The position numbers and the translations under genes were made by a program. From assembly GCF_006345805.1 (NCBI RefSeq), contig NC_043021.1:15934001-15998000 (forward strand): a stretch of 64,000 bases of DNA, in the 5' to 3' direction. This DNA comes from Octopus sinensis. Its lineage: Eukaryota. This document shows, one piece after another, positions 1-11,923 of the stretch. The notes below the pieces were generated by a model. The model was not told the DNA's origin. It worked only from the letters and a program-made list of their open reading frames with translations, and searched no databases. How positions within the stretch are numbered: position 1 is the stretch's first letter; every line of letters begins with the position of its first letter.

Positions 1-8
1 CCTCTCCC

Positions 9-238
9 TTGACCCTTTAGCACTTAAACCGGCCATATCCGGCCAAAAGTATTCTGCCTGTTTTATGTTCAAGCTGGCCAGATCTGGTCTCTCACACCAA
101 CCCTACAATATCATTTTAAAAATTAACAGCTACCTCATCAAAATCTCATAGCTACAAGATAATGCATGATTAGTTCAAAACAAAGTGGATGAAAAAAGCA
201 TTAATTTTGGTAGAATAATGCGAACACTAAAGGGTTAA
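9..238. mobile_element. piggyBac-like MITE, family A (CCCTTTAGCA...TAAAGGG)
   Basis: CCC/GGG termini with TTAA-like flanks. Related copies at ~7860-8456, 8457-9300, 34453-34895 and 53541-53745. Confidence 0.6.
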
Positions 239-459
239 TTAACCACGATGATGATGATGATTCTAAGTGGGCTTCAAAATCCCTTTAATTTAATATAGTA
301 ACCACCCTACTAGTCTCTTTTTATTATTATTATTATTATTTTAATTATTCCTCTCTAAATTCGATAAAGTTAATCAATCATATTCTGGGGTTTTCATCAC
401 TCCAAAATTTTTTATTTCAATCAATCATGTTTTTTTTTTTCTGCCAACATTTATAACCA

Positions 460-978
460 AACTATCAGCATAGCCTGGCATTGCCCAGGTATGTAAGAGC
501 CCCTGGAGCAGACATGATGCTCGCTGTGAATTTTTAAAAAATTCCTGCCAATTTGAGAAAGATATTGTCGAAAATATGTCATCTTGAATTTGAACACGAT
601 TTCCCAAAATGGCATGATTTTATCGATTTTTTCTGATGGTAAGGTATTGCATGGAAAACTAACATCAGAATTAAGTTTCTTAGGGTGACATTAAGCTTCA
701 CCATGAGTTTGGTGAAAATCGATTGCAAGTTGCGAAAACTACAACAGAAAATGTGTTGCAAATAAAAAGCTTAGATTCTCGACCCCATGTCGAATTTATC
801 GATTTTTTTCAGAACTGGGGGAACTTTTCAAAATTTTCGCTGCGTTAGTTTTGAATTACGACATTGGGCTATGTGTGTGTCAAGTTTCATCAAAATCGGT
901 TGAAAGCCGTGGTCAGGGTAAGGGTACAACCTGACAGACACACAGACAGACAACTTGCCTTTTTATATATATAGAGAT
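460..978 (-). mobile_element. Non-autonomous Helitron-like element, copy 1
   Basis: Near-identical to 7213-7724. The minus strand starts ATCTCTATATAT and ends near a GC-rich hairpin remnant with a degenerate CTAGT. Confidence 0.5.
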
Positions 979-1734
979 ACCAAAGATATTGGAAATGTTC
1001 TTCCCAGTGTGGTGAGAAGTTTGCTTCCTAACCGTATGGTTCTGGGTTCAGTCCTAATGCGTGGCACTTTGGGCGAGTGTTTTCTACGATAACCTTGGGC
1101 TGACCAAAGCCTTGTGCGTGGATTTGGTTGATGGAAACTGAAAGAAGCCTGTCGTGTGTTTGTGTGTCTTTGTGCCTATGTCTGTCCCCCACAACAGGTG
1201 TTGGTGTATTTACATCCCCATAGCTTAGTAGTTCAACAAAAGCTACTGATAAAATAAGCACCGGGGTTGATTTGTTCGACTAAAAATTCTTCGAAGCAGT
1301 GCCCCAGAATGGCCATGGTCTACTGACTGAAACAAATAAAAGATAAAAGATATAATCCTAATCATTGTTAACTCCATCATCATCACCACCACCACCATCA
1401 TCATATTCTATCCAGTTTTTCCATGCTGGCATGGATTGGACAGGTCTGTTCCAGCACAGTGTATCAACATTTGTTGCTGTCCTCATCATCTGATAAGCAT
1501 AATACACACACACACCCTCTCCTTGAAGAAAACCCCAACAAACTTTTTCTTTTTTTTTTGTTGGGGTTATGGCTTAGACAGAAGGACAGCTTTCATGACC
1601 CTTTTATGGAACCTCTGACTGGCAGAAAGGAAGAAATGAAGTCCTTCTCTGACCAATCTAGTCCAAATGTTTGCAACAATATTTAATTAATCCATACTAC
1701 ACCGTAAGGAGCATAAAGCCTCAACCATTTCATG

Positions 1735-1990
1735 CTAAGAGAGAGATTAATTACTCTCACTTCATCTTCCATGCATCCTTTCCTGGTCTTCTTAGGTCAT
1801 CCAACTTCCCTCTTTCCTTCAGGTTTCCATCCTAACTCCTGTCTTGCAATACTGATTGGAGGTCTCCTTAGAATGTGACTAATCCAACCTCATTTTCTTT
1901 TCAGAATTTTTTTATTGATGTGAGTTTGGTTCATCTCATCCCACAGACATCTGTTTGCAGTTGTATCTGGACACCAGATCTTGAGAATAG
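1735..1990 (-). mobile_element. Decayed RTE-like LINE C-terminal fragment
   Basis: Minus strand reads IARQELGWKPEGKREVG*PKKT, resembling the RTE ORF2 end motif W.P.G.R.RGRP..TW. Confidence 0.45.
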
Positions 1991-2335
1991 CAGTCTCCAC
2001 TAAAGACTCTCAAGAGCCTCCTCTCAGATCTCACACATATCTAATCCAAATGTTTGCAACATAGTAACCCCCTCTTAAGGCACTCAGGGTCCAGATAATG
2101 ATGCTAAACTAGATGATAAAATCTATCTTCCACCTAAGGTTGTCTATGCCATTCATCATCATCATCATCGTTGTTTAACGTCCGCTTTCCATGCTGGCAT
2201 GGGTTGGACAATTTGACTGAGGACTGGCGAACCAGATGACTGCACCAGACTCCAATCTGATCTGGCAGAGTTTCTACAGCTGGATGCCCTTCCTAAAGCC
2301 AACCACTCCGAGAGTGTAGTGGGTGCTTTTATGTG

Positions 2336-2714
2336 GAGGCGCAATGGCCCAGTGGTTAGGGCAGCGGACTCGCGGTCGTAGGATCGCAGTTTCGATTCCC
2401 AGACCGGGCATTGTGAGTGTTTATTGAGCAAAAACACCTAAAGCTTCACGAGGCTCCTGCAGGGGGTGGTGGTGAACCCTGCTGTACTCTTTCACCACAA
2501 CTTTCTCTCACTCTTTCTTCCTGTTTCTGTTGTACCTGTATTTCAAAGGGTCAGCCTTGTCACACTCGGTGTCACGCTGAATCTCCTCGAGAACTACGTT
2601 AAGGGTACACGTGTCTGTGGAGTGCTCAGCCACTTACACGTTACTTCCACGAGCAAGCTGTTCCGTTGATCGTATCAGCTGGGACCCTCATCGTCATAAC
2701 TGACAGAGTGCTCC
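2336..2714 (+). mobile_element. tRNA-derived SINE with 8-bp TSD
   Basis: A box TGGCCCAGTGG and B box GTTTCGATTCC. TSD TTTATGTG at 2328-2335 and 2715-2722. Inserted inside an (ATG)n-tailed repeat. A related 3' end lies at 35050-35375 on the minus strand. Confidence 0.8.
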
Positions 2715-3323
2715 TTTATGTGCCACTGGCATTAGGGCCAGTCAGGTGGTTTGGATGTTCTTACTATCACCAACCAATTTATAGTAAGGAATGGATACAT
2801 TTCATTGTGCAGCTTGCAGCACTAGGTGGGATGCTTGTGACAGGACAAAAGAACCCTTTCTATCCAGTATCAATAATTTAGGGGGTTTTCTTCCAGAGTT
2901 ACTGTTATCCTAAAAAAAATGTTGCCTTCACTATGGCTTGCAAGATCCATATCTTTTCCATTTCTTCCTCCTATATTTTCCTAAAACTGATAGAATAACT
3001 TCTCTACTGAAATGATTTGCATAATGCAAAGCTTCATAAAGAATGTATAGCAGATTATCACAGCAAGATTTCAACTGGCTATTCCGGAATTATAAGTCTG
3101 ATCACTGAAAATCATCTCCAGTTGCTTAGAAACACCAGACATCCCCAAATCACAGACATGGCTGTGTATTGTTGAGAAGTACTATGGTCTCAAGCGAAGT
3201 ACCACTGCATGGTACCTTGAACAATTATCTTCTATTATGGCCCTGGGCCAACCAAAGCCTTGTACATGGATTTAGTAGATGGAAACTGAAAGAAAGCTGT
3301 CATGTGTGAGTGTGTCTCTCTCT

Positions 3324-3395
<72 letters not shown>

Positions 3396-3429
3396 CACAC
3401 ACACACATATATATATATACACAGACACA

Positions 3430-3712
3430 CATATATATATGCCAGCGCCGCCTTGGCTGGCTCCCTTGCCGGTGGCACATTAAAAGCTCCAACCGATTTG
3501 GACGATGCCGATCCCCCCTGGCACCTGTGCAGGTGGCACGTAAAAAGCACCCACTACACTCGCTGAGTGATTGGCGTTAGGAAGGGCATCCAGCTGTAGA
3601 AACTCTGCCAGATCAGACTGGAGCCTGGTGCAGCCCCTGGCTTCCTAGACCCCGGTCGAACCATCCAACCCGTGCTAGCGCGGAAAACGTACGTTAAACG
3701 ATGATGATGATA
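3430..3712 (+). mobile_element. (ATG)n-tailed RTE 3'-end repeat
   Basis: Contains cccactacactc...gaagggcatccagctgtagaaac...gttaaacgatgatg, shared with the RTE 3' UTR at 46379-46915. Further copies at 2165, 5085, 39110, 54940, 59065, 62765 and 63020. Confidence 0.75.
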
Positions 3713-3724
3713 CATATCTATCTA

Positions 3725-3777
<53 letters not shown>

Positions 3778-3796
3778 GCACACACATACATACATG

Positions 3797-4013
3797 TGCA
3801 AGGAGGTGCTGAAAAGTTCCTGGCCTTAAGGGTATCACAAAAGACCTGACTGGAGGCCCAAACTTCCAAGTTCTTTTACAGTGCTTAGAAAAACTGAAGG
3901 ACTTCTGCAATAAGGGTGTGAATCTGAGAGAGGAATATGTTGAATAAAATCATAATTAACCGATCCTCCTGTATTTTCTTTAATCTAAAGCCACTTTTCA
4001 ACACGCCTTCATA
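3797..4013. mobile_element. Mariner-derived MITE
   Basis: Imperfect TIRs caaggaggtgctgaaaagt / acttttcaacacgccttca. Interior encodes a transposase C-terminal remnant (...NLRGEYVE*, with one indel). Confidence 0.6.
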
Positions 4014-4037
4014 TGTGTATATGTGTGTGTGTGTGTA

Positions 4038-4080
<43 letters not shown>

Positions 4081-4083
<3 letters not shown>

Positions 4084-4476
4084 TGCAGGAGTGGCTGTGT
4101 GGTAAGTAACTTGCTAACCAACCACATGGTTCCGGGTTCAGTTCCACTGTGTGGCATCTTGGGCAAGTGTCTTCTGCTATAGCCCTGGGCCGACCAAAGC
4201 CTTGTGAGTGGATTTGGTAGACGGAAACTGAAAGAAGCCTGTCGTATATATATATATGTGTGTGTTTGTGTGTCTGTGTTTGTCCCCCTAGCATTGCTTG
4301 ACAACCGATGCTGGTGTGTTTACATCCCCGTCATTTAGCGGTTCGGCAAAGGAGACCGATAGAATAAGTACTGGGCTTACAAAGAATAAGTCCTGGGGTC
4401 AATTTGCTTGACTAAAGGCGGTGCTCCAGCATGGCCACAGTCACATGACTGAAACATATAAAAGAGTATAAGAGTA
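4081..4476 (+). mobile_element. tRNA-derived SINE (aggtgcaggagtggctgtgtggtaag head, (AAGAGT)n-like tail)
   Basis: A/B-box-like head, internal (TA)(TG) microsatellite and tandem tail. At least 15 full or partial copies in the window (for example 1000, 5987/6508, 12676, 18790, 21895, 23555, 31785, 60848). Confidence 0.8.
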
Positions 4477-4605
4477 TATATATATATAGTTTACAGTTCT
4501 GTTATATATAGGTTCAACATAAAAAAGTATTCCTCATTCTTTTATTAAATCTGACATCAAACCACTGCTTCCTAAATGTTTTTTTTTTTCTTTCTTCCCT
4601 GCTAG

Positions 4606-4792
4606 GTTCAGTTGAAGGAATTCGGTTTGACAGCAACTCTAAATATTTTGTCTCTATTGGAGACAGACATGTTCTTATATTCAACAACATCACTGGCTAC
4701 AGGGCTGCAATTGAAGAACTCAATGATAAACTCAACCAAACAAACTCTAACGCAGTTACAGAACGGATTAAAGAACAGATTCAAGAAGCTAA
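4606..4792 (+). CDS. TBL2: Transducin beta-like protein 2, penultimate coding exon (last WD40 blade plus C-terminal helix)
   Basis: Polypyrimidine acceptor ...ttcttccctgctag|4606 and donor 4792|gtatgt. The frame from 4608 reads SVEGIRFDSNSKYFVSIGDRHVLIFNNITGYRAAIEELNDKLNQTNSNAVTERIKEQIQEA, colinear with the human TBL2 C-terminus as I recall it (SFDITGRFLASCGDRAVRLFHNTPGHRAMVEEMQGHLKRASNESTRQRLQQQLTQA). Confidence 0.87.
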
Positions 4793-6021
4793 GTATGTAT
4801 TCCAGCCATTCTTTATATCTGGTTAAACACCACCTTCTGAGTGGTTTTTCTTCTAGTTTACATAATGGCATGTTTATCATCATTGTTTTTACATATGTTT
4901 TCCATGCTGGCATGGGTTAGAGAGAACTTTTTGAGGCAGTGTTTCACAGCCATATATCTTACCCGGTACCCATCCTTTTTGCAGAGGCATAACTAGAGTG
5001 TGTGCCACCCACAGTAGTCCTTGCATTTGCCACCATCCTCCCAGGGCCTATTCAGGTTTACCTGTAGCGCCGCCCCGACTGGCCTCGTGCCGGTGGCACG
5101 TAAAAAGCACCATCCGTTCGTGACCGTTGCCAGCCTCACCTGGCCCTTGTGCCGGTGGCACATAAAAAGCACCATCTGATCGTGGCCGTTTGCCAGACTC
5201 GTCTGGCACCTGTGCCGGTGGCACGTAAAAAGCACCCACTACACTCATGGAGTGGTTGGCATTAGGAAGGGCATCCAGCTGTAGAAACACTGCCAGATCA
5301 GACTGGGCCTGGCGCAGCCTTCTGGCTTCCCAGACCCCAGTTGAACTGTTCAGCCCATGCCAGCATGGAAAGCGGACGCTAAACGATGATGATGATGATG
5401 ATGAGAGTAGACCAAAAAGTATTGCCCTCCTCCCCATCCCATAAAAGCATTACCAAGACAGGAATGCTTTTGATCATAGTTCTGCTCAATCAGGCCTCAC
5501 TTGGATTTAAATAACAGCATTTCAGCTGTGACCATTCTCTCAGAAACTTCATTGTCTAATGCAGTAGTTCTCCACCGGAATCTATAAGAACCTTTGGGGA
5601 ATCCATATAAGATTCTGTTGTTAAAATTTATCTGCAATGAATTTGTTAATCTTCTACAATTCACAAAATATTTTAACCATTTTTTTTTTATTACAACTCC
5701 TAATAACATTTAATAATAAAAATATTATTATATGATTTTTTTTTAAACATCAAATGGCTTGGAGTTCTCCATCCAAGTAAATTAGGAATTAAAGGGCTCC
5801 ATAGATAAAATCATTTGAGAAAACATTGGTCTGATGTGTCCTTTGGCAGCTATTTCTAGCAGAATGAGTGATCATGTCGAGACTCCACTTAAATGTCTGT
5901 CGCTTTCCCTCCCCGCTTTTGTTTGCTTTGTTGTAATCTCTCATTTGTTGATCAAATAGTTGTATGATGTCTTACAAGGTGCAGGAGTGGCTGTGTGGTA
6001 AGTAGCTTGTTTACCAACCAC

Positions 6022-6507
6022 AACAAATCAAAATAGATGAACATCAATGGAATTTGTATCTTTGTGGTACCAGTGCCGGTGGCACACAAGAAAACCATCC
6101 GAACGTGGCCGTAGCCAGTACCGCATCGACTGGCCTCCGTACTGTGGGCACGTAACAAACACCATCCGATCGTGGCCGTTCGCCAGCCTCATCTGGCACC
6201 TGTGTCGGTGGCACGTAAAAACACCATCCGAGCGTGGCCGTCGGCCAGCCTCGTCTGGCACCTGTGTCGGTGGCACATTAAAAACACCATCCGAGCGTGG
6301 CCGTTCGCCAGCCTCGTCTGGCACCTGCGTCGGTGGCACATAAAATCACCCACTACACTCTCGGAGTGGTTGGCGTTAGGAAGGGCATCCAGCTGTAGAA
6401 ACACTGCCAGATCTGACTGGCCTGGTGCAGCCTTCGGGCTCCCCAGACCCCAGTTGAACCGTCCAACCCATGCTAGCATGGAAAACGGACGCTAAATGAT
6501 GATGATG
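6022..6507 (+). mobile_element. 5'-truncated RTE 3' UTR inserted into a SINE head
   Basis: Colinear with 46379-46885 (reverse strand), including the aaatcaaaatagatgaac junction. Splits the SINE consensus caaccac|atggttcc. Confidence 0.8.
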
Positions 6508-7212
6508 GTTCCAGGTTCAGTCCCACTGCGTAGCACCTTGGGCAAGTGTCTTCTGCTATAGCCCCGGGCCGACCAATGCCTTGTGAGTGGATTTGGTAGA
6601 CGGAAACTGAAAAGAAGCCCGTCGTATATATGTATATATATATATGTATGTGTGTGTGTCTGTGTTTGTCCCCCTAGCATTGCTTGACAACCAATGCTGG
6701 TGTGTTTATGTCGCCGTCACTTAGCGGTTCGGCAAAAGAGACCGATAGAATAAGTACTGGGCTTACAAAAGAATAAGTCCCGGTGTCGAATTGCTCGATT
6801 AAAAGCGGTGCTCCAGCATGGCCGCAGTCAAATGACTGAAACAAGTAAAAGAGTAAAGTGTAAGCATCAGACTTTACACTTGGTATTTTAAATCCTGCCA
6901 CAGTCAACTTGGTTTTTCCATCTTTCTCTGAAATTAATAAAACGTGTGTGTGTGTGTGTGTGTGTTGATATTGGTAGTAAATCAATATCATATACATGTT
7001 AGAAATCAATATTTGTAGAACAATAACCATGAAGTTACGGTATTGAACTATCGATTGTTGTCTCTTTTATTCTTTTAAGTCATTTAATATTATACCACGA
7101 AGCAAATACGGCCATAAATAATAGCTTGTAATATACTAGATTATAAAAAAAAACACTTGGATGGATAAGAAAGCCAAAGGCTACCTACAGTTCTTTGAGC
7201 CACATATCTTAA

Positions 7213-7724
7213 ACTAGCAGCGTTGCCCGGGTATGTAAGAGCCCCTAGTAGGTAACGACTAATACCAATCTAGTCCTTTCCCTCTAATTTCCTGCCAATT
7301 TGTGAAAGATATTGTCGAAAATATGTCATCTTGAATTTGAACACAATTTCCCAAAATGACATGATTTTATCGATTTTTTCTGATGGTAAGGTATTGCATG
7401 GAAAACTAACATCAGAATTAAGTTTCTTAGGGTAACGTTAGGTTTCACCATGAGTTTGGTGAAAATCGATTGCAAGTTGCGAAAACTACAACAGAAAATG
7501 TGTTGCATATAAAAAGCTTAGATTCTCGACCCCATGTCGAACTTATCGATTGTTTTCAGAACTGGGGGAACTTTTCAAAATTTTCGCTGTGTTAGTTTTG
7601 TATTATGACATTGGGCTATGTGTGTGTCAAGTTTCATCAGAATCGGTTGAAAGCTGTGGTCAGGGTGAGGGTACAACCTGACAGACACACAGACAGACAA
7701 ACTGCCGTTTATATAGAGAGAGAT
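7213..7724 (-). mobile_element. Non-autonomous Helitron-like element, copy 2
   Basis: Minus strand has 5' TC and 3' ...cccgggcaacgctgCTAG|t, the Helitron terminal signature. No TIRs or TSD. Confidence 0.55.
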
Positions 7725-8073
7725 GACTATAAATTTCTCAATGATTGTGGTGAAGCACAACGTTCGAACGTTGGGCCTCACGGAAGCGATGACAATTGAC
7801 CGAGACCTTTGGAGATATGCTGTGCTTGAGAAGACCCAGCAAGCCAAGTGAGACCATAATGATGGCCTATGCCAAGTGCAGCATATCTGGTCCAAATACT
7901 CTATCTGTTTTATGTCCAAACTGAGCAGATTTGGCCTCTCACACCAACCCTGCAATGTCATTCTAAAAATAAGTAATCACCTCACAATAATCTCAAAGCT
8001 ATGAGATAATGCATGATTAATTCAAAACTATGTGAATCAATAAGCATTATATTTGACAAAGTAACCTGAATGC

Positions 8074-8415
8074 CGCCGCCGTGGTGATCTCATTCTCGCT
8101 CACAACATCATAAGCGGAAAGTGTAACCTCTCGAAAGAGCTGTTCTTCACTCCTGCTCCAGAGCGTCGGCTGCGGGGTCATTCCGAAAAGCTCTACCTGT
8201 GATGATTTCATCTCAATCGAAGGAGAGGAGCTTTCTCCGTCCGGGTTGCGGATCCGTGGAACAAGCTGCCAGACGAGATGGTGAAGATGCCGACGACCGC
8301 TTTGTTCAAAGTCTCCCTTGACCTCAAGTGGCCTGAACTCTTTACATGAACACCACCCTGTACTTAACTCCATGTCCCCCTACATGGCCTTGCTATTTGC
8401 TTTTGAGCCAAAAAT

Positions 8416-8446
<31 letters not shown>
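8074..8446 (+). mobile_element. CR1-type LINE 3' end with (AACT)n tail
   Basis: Reads RRRGDLILAHNIISGKCNLSKELFFTPAPERRLRGHSEKLYL**FHLNRRRGAFSVRVADPWNKLP..., containing the CR1 motifs RRRGDLI, RGH..KL and F..RV...WN.LP. Interrupts a MITE end (gaatgc|taaagggttaa). Confidence 0.85.
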
Positions 8447-8639
8447 AGGGTTAAAACTAGTCATGTCTGGCCCAAATATTCTGTTTTATGTTCAAACCAA
8501 AAAGATCCAGCCTATCACACCTACAATGTCATTCTCAAAATAAACCATCACATCACTGAAATCTTGGAGCTACAACATAATGTATGATTATGTATGATAC
8601 ATAATGTATGTGAATAAATAAGCATTACATTTGACAGTG

Positions 8640-9264
8640 GTGAAGGCACATGGCTCAGTGGTTAGAGCGTCGAGCTTACGATCGTGAGGTTGTGAGTTTG
8701 AATCCCAGCTGGGTTGCGTGTTGTGTCCTTGAGCAAGATACTTTATTTCATGTTGCTTTCAGTTCACTCAGCTGTAGAAATGAGTTGCGACGTCACAGGT
8801 GCCAAACTGTATCAGCTCCTTTGCCTTTCCCTTGGATAACACTGGTGGTGTGGAGAGAGGAGGTTGGTATGCATGGGCGACTGCTGGTCTCCCATAAACA
8901 ACCTTGCCTGAACTTGTGCCTCGGAAGGTAACTTCCTAGGTGTAATCTCATGGTCATTCTCAATGAAAGGGGGTCTTTGTGAGTTTGATTCCCAGGCTGG
9001 GCTGTGTGATGTGTTCTTGAGCAAGACACTTTATTTCACATTGCCCCAGTTCACTCAGCTGTAGAAATGAGCTGCAACGTCTCAGGTGCCAAGCTGTATT
9101 GGCCTTTGCCTTTCCCTTGGATAACATCAGTGGTGTGGAGAGAGGAGGCTGGTATGCATGGGTGACTGCTGGTCTTCCATAAACAACCTTTCCCAGACTT
9201 GTGCCTCGGAGGGTAACTCTCTAGGTGCACTCCCACGGTCAGTCATGACCAAAGGGGGCCTCAA
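8640..9264 (+). mobile_element. Tandem dimer of a tRNA-derived SINE with one 13-bp TSD
   Basis: A full monomer followed by an A-box-less second monomer from ~8977. TSD ACATTTGACAGTG at 8627-8639 and 9265-9277. Confidence 0.8.
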
Positions 9265-9415
9265 ACATTTGACAGTGTAATCTGCATGTTAAAGGGTTTT
9301 AAAAGGGCTGAAAGTTGTAATTCACTCCAACATAAACCATTTAAAATGATTTTACTTATACCTTATTTATTGTTTGTTTTATCTTGTCTTTTAATGTCTC
9401 TGCGTCTTCTTTCAG

Positions 9416-9452
9416 TGATGCATTGCAAGAAATTCTTCCGAAATCATCGTGA
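9416..9452 (+). CDS. TBL2: TBL2 terminal coding exon
   Basis: Strong acceptor ...gtctctgcgtcttctttcag|9416. Phase matches the upstream exon (AA|T = Asn), giving EA-N-DALQEILPKSS-stop (TGA 9450-9452), the expected remaining length for TBL2. Confidence 0.7.
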
Positions 9453-9860
9453 ATATGGAGATAGTTTGAGACTGAGTACAATGAAACATTGCTGATAAAA
9501 AAGACAAATAAAAATCAAATCAACCATTCTGTCTCAGGGAGCTGCTGATAGATCCATGTTCAACACCATTCAAATTATTTTATAACCCAACCACCCACCC
9601 ACCCTCACCACCTTGCAATTGTATTCAACTACACATTGCTGTGCAATTTTTCCAATAAAAAATAATTGATTTTCAATGTTTTTGCTTAATTCTTTTTATC
9701 TTTGTAAAAATTATGCATGTACACACACTCAATTACAAACAGTTCTCTTTAAGTTTATATTGACTGATATTTGTGTGTGTGTGTGTGTGATGACAGCAAG
9801 CAAGCTGAAACATCAAGTTTGCTGTCAACGTTCTCCTTGTAAAATTTTAATAAACATATA
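9453..9860 (+). other. TBL2 3' UTR with candidate polyadenylation signals
   Basis: AT-rich sequence after the stop codon with AATAAA at 9507, 9654 and 9849. Which signal is used is unknown. Confidence 0.45.
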
Positions 9861-9959
9861 CTCAAGTACAAAGTATTGAGGAACCCTTTAGTTTACATTA
9901 TTTTTATATATAACTTGGCATAAAAACAACAATATATATATATATATATATATAGGAAT

Positions 9960-10225
9960 AAAATTTATATATAAAGAAACAAGAACGTGAAATACACAAA
10001 GGGACGAACACAGAAAACAGACTGCTCATTCGAAACCTTTAATCTTCAGTCAGAAACCGGATCATCATAGCAAATTTCGGCTGATTAATTCTGATATTTG
10101 CTCCAACGCGGCCAGCCCCAAGAAAAAACTAAGCTATGAGCATTAGATTTCTTGGAAAAAGGAACGAATGAAAACGCAACAGGGATGAATATAAATACAA
10201 AAAACGAAAACAAAAATAAAAACAA

Positions 10226-10230
<5 letters not shown>
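9960..10230. mobile_element. Unclassified (TA)n-embedded dispersed repeat
   Basis: Homologous in reverse orientation to 13990-14230. Both copies are flanked by (TA)n. Confidence 0.55.
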
Positions 10231-10256
<26 letters not shown>

Positions 10257-10548
10257 CTAGCAGCTAAGCCCAGTTTCACCCGGTCTATTTGGATGATGTG
10301 GCTGTGATCGTTTTCGGTTAGGCATAATCTATAACAGCATTTCTCAACCTTATTATTTTGGGTCCCCTGTTTCGATTGGAGCCTCCAGCTGTATAAAAAT
10401 TTTCTGGCCCCACCTCATCAGAAAACAGCTTTTAAGCAACTGGTTGTTTTAATGGCCGAAGAAAGAGGGGAATTCCATTAGAAAAAGTTTTAATCAATTT
10501 TCTCAGTAAGTATGAGGGCTAGGCAAAAAATACAAACTGCATTCCAAT

Positions 10549-10614
10549 CTATGCACCCATCTCCACATGTGTGCCATTTTTCACAGGAATCCACCCAGCC
10601 GTTTGGCTGTGAAC
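10549..10614 (-). CDS. Candidate terminal exon of an unidentified minus-strand gene
   Basis: Minus-strand acceptor ttgtattctttcttgtcttcag, then VHSQTAGWIPVKNGTHVEMGA-stop in phase 0. No homologue recognised. Confidence 0.4.
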   Translation of the reverse strand, partial: VHSQTAGWIPVKNGTHVEMGA

Positions 10615-10887
10615 CTGAAGACAAGAAAGAATACAACAATCGCCCATGTCCAATTTATATTATATATATATATATATATATAATAGAAATATGTTACAAA
10701 AAGAAAATAGAAACTACACATGGAAAATAAGAAGAAAAATAAGCGAAAATGCACATTGGAAATCAAAAAAAGTAAAGGCTTTTTATAAAAAGTAACGATA
10801 GATGTATATACAATTAGATGAACTGAGGTAGGAATAAAAGTAATAAAAGTCATTACTGTGAATTGCTAAAGAGATTTAAAAGCATAC

Positions 10888-10959
10888 CGGTTTCGTAAAT
10901 TTACTAATCATTTCTTTGAATGCACACCGATTAATGAACAGTGTCAGGTCTACTAGTCC
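10888..10959 (-). CDS. Candidate internal exon (72 nt) of the unidentified minus-strand gene
   Basis: Acceptor aatctttttactcag and donor CCG|gtatgc. The only open frame is GLVDLTLFINRCAFKEMISKFTKP, phase 0/0, compatible with the exon at 10549-10614. Confidence 0.4.
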
Positions 10960-11208
10960 CTGAGTAAAAAGATTATATATATGGAATGTGGCAGAAGTTG
11001 TTCTCTGCACATTTTCAGTGTTTATTGCTCCTGTCTTCTTTTTATTTTCTCCTTAACCCATTTGTTACCAACCAGCCCGAGACTGCTCCTGGTTCAAGGA
11101 CACAAACATCCTGTTTCAAAGTGATTTAAATCAAAATCTTCCTTCAAAATTTCACGTTAATTTAAGTTTCAAGCAGCAACTTAATAATGACAAAATTATT
11201 TTACAACT

Positions 11209-11492
11209 ACAATTGCAGCGTGGAAGGTGTTTGTAAGCCATTTAAGAAACACACAAAAGCCGTTCGATTCACTTCAACATTTAAGTTTAATTTGTCAAAA
11301 TATTTTCGTCACTAAAATCAGTGAACATTAGCGACGAAAATACTTTGACAAATTAAACTTAAATGTTGAAGTGAATCGAACGGTTTTTGTGTGTTTCTTA
11401 AATGGCTTACAAACACCTTCCATGCTGCAATTGTTTCCGTTTCAGCACACGATCTCAGATCAAATCACTTGCTATGCAAGTACATCTCTGTA
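11209..11492. mobile_element. Foldback/MITE element (226-bp near-perfect palindrome 11209-11434)
   Basis: Long inverted arms. Terminus ...gcaagtacatctctg-TA matches the end of the related copy at 36175-36470. Confidence 0.75.
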
Positions 11493-11900
11493 ATATTTTA
11501 CAACTTCCATCAAAATTTCACGTTAATTTAAGTTTCAAGCAGCAACTTAATAACGACAAAATTATTTTACAAAATTCTTAATTATTCTAAAAATAACTGA
11601 AAGTAAGGAAGAGTATTTCTGCAGAAATACAGTAATAAAACGGTTAAGAAGGACTGTTTGAAGATATGTTGACTATTCCACTCCCCACAGCAATTTCATT
11701 GTACACTTTCTATCACTTACTCTTTCTCTCTCTCTCTCTCTCCCTCTTTCTCATTCAGTTCTGCTCTAATAACCTGTTTGCAACATGATATATTGAAACC
11801 TTGAGATGATCAGTCATTACCTCTGACACAATTGTTGTTTGTGTAAGAGATAGGACACAAACTGATGGGTCTTCTGTTTAGAAGGTTCATACCACGTTAC

Positions 11901-11923
11901 CTCAACTAACTGCAGTGATATTC
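11901..11923 (-). CDS. Candidate 23-nt exon of the unidentified minus-strand gene
   Basis: Acceptor gtaagtttgtttttag and donor GAG|gtaacg. Reads (x)ISLQLVE and ends in phase 0. Confidence 0.3.

Noticed and set aside
2336-2410. tRNA genes at SINE heads (also 4081, 8640, 38589)
   Set aside because: A/B boxes are present but the cloverleaf and acceptor stem are not intact, and the sequence continues into SINE bodies with TSDs.
4612-4920. 102-aa ORF in the supplied track
   Set aside because: Wrong frame. The splice-bounded frame starting at 4608 gives the TBL2 match.
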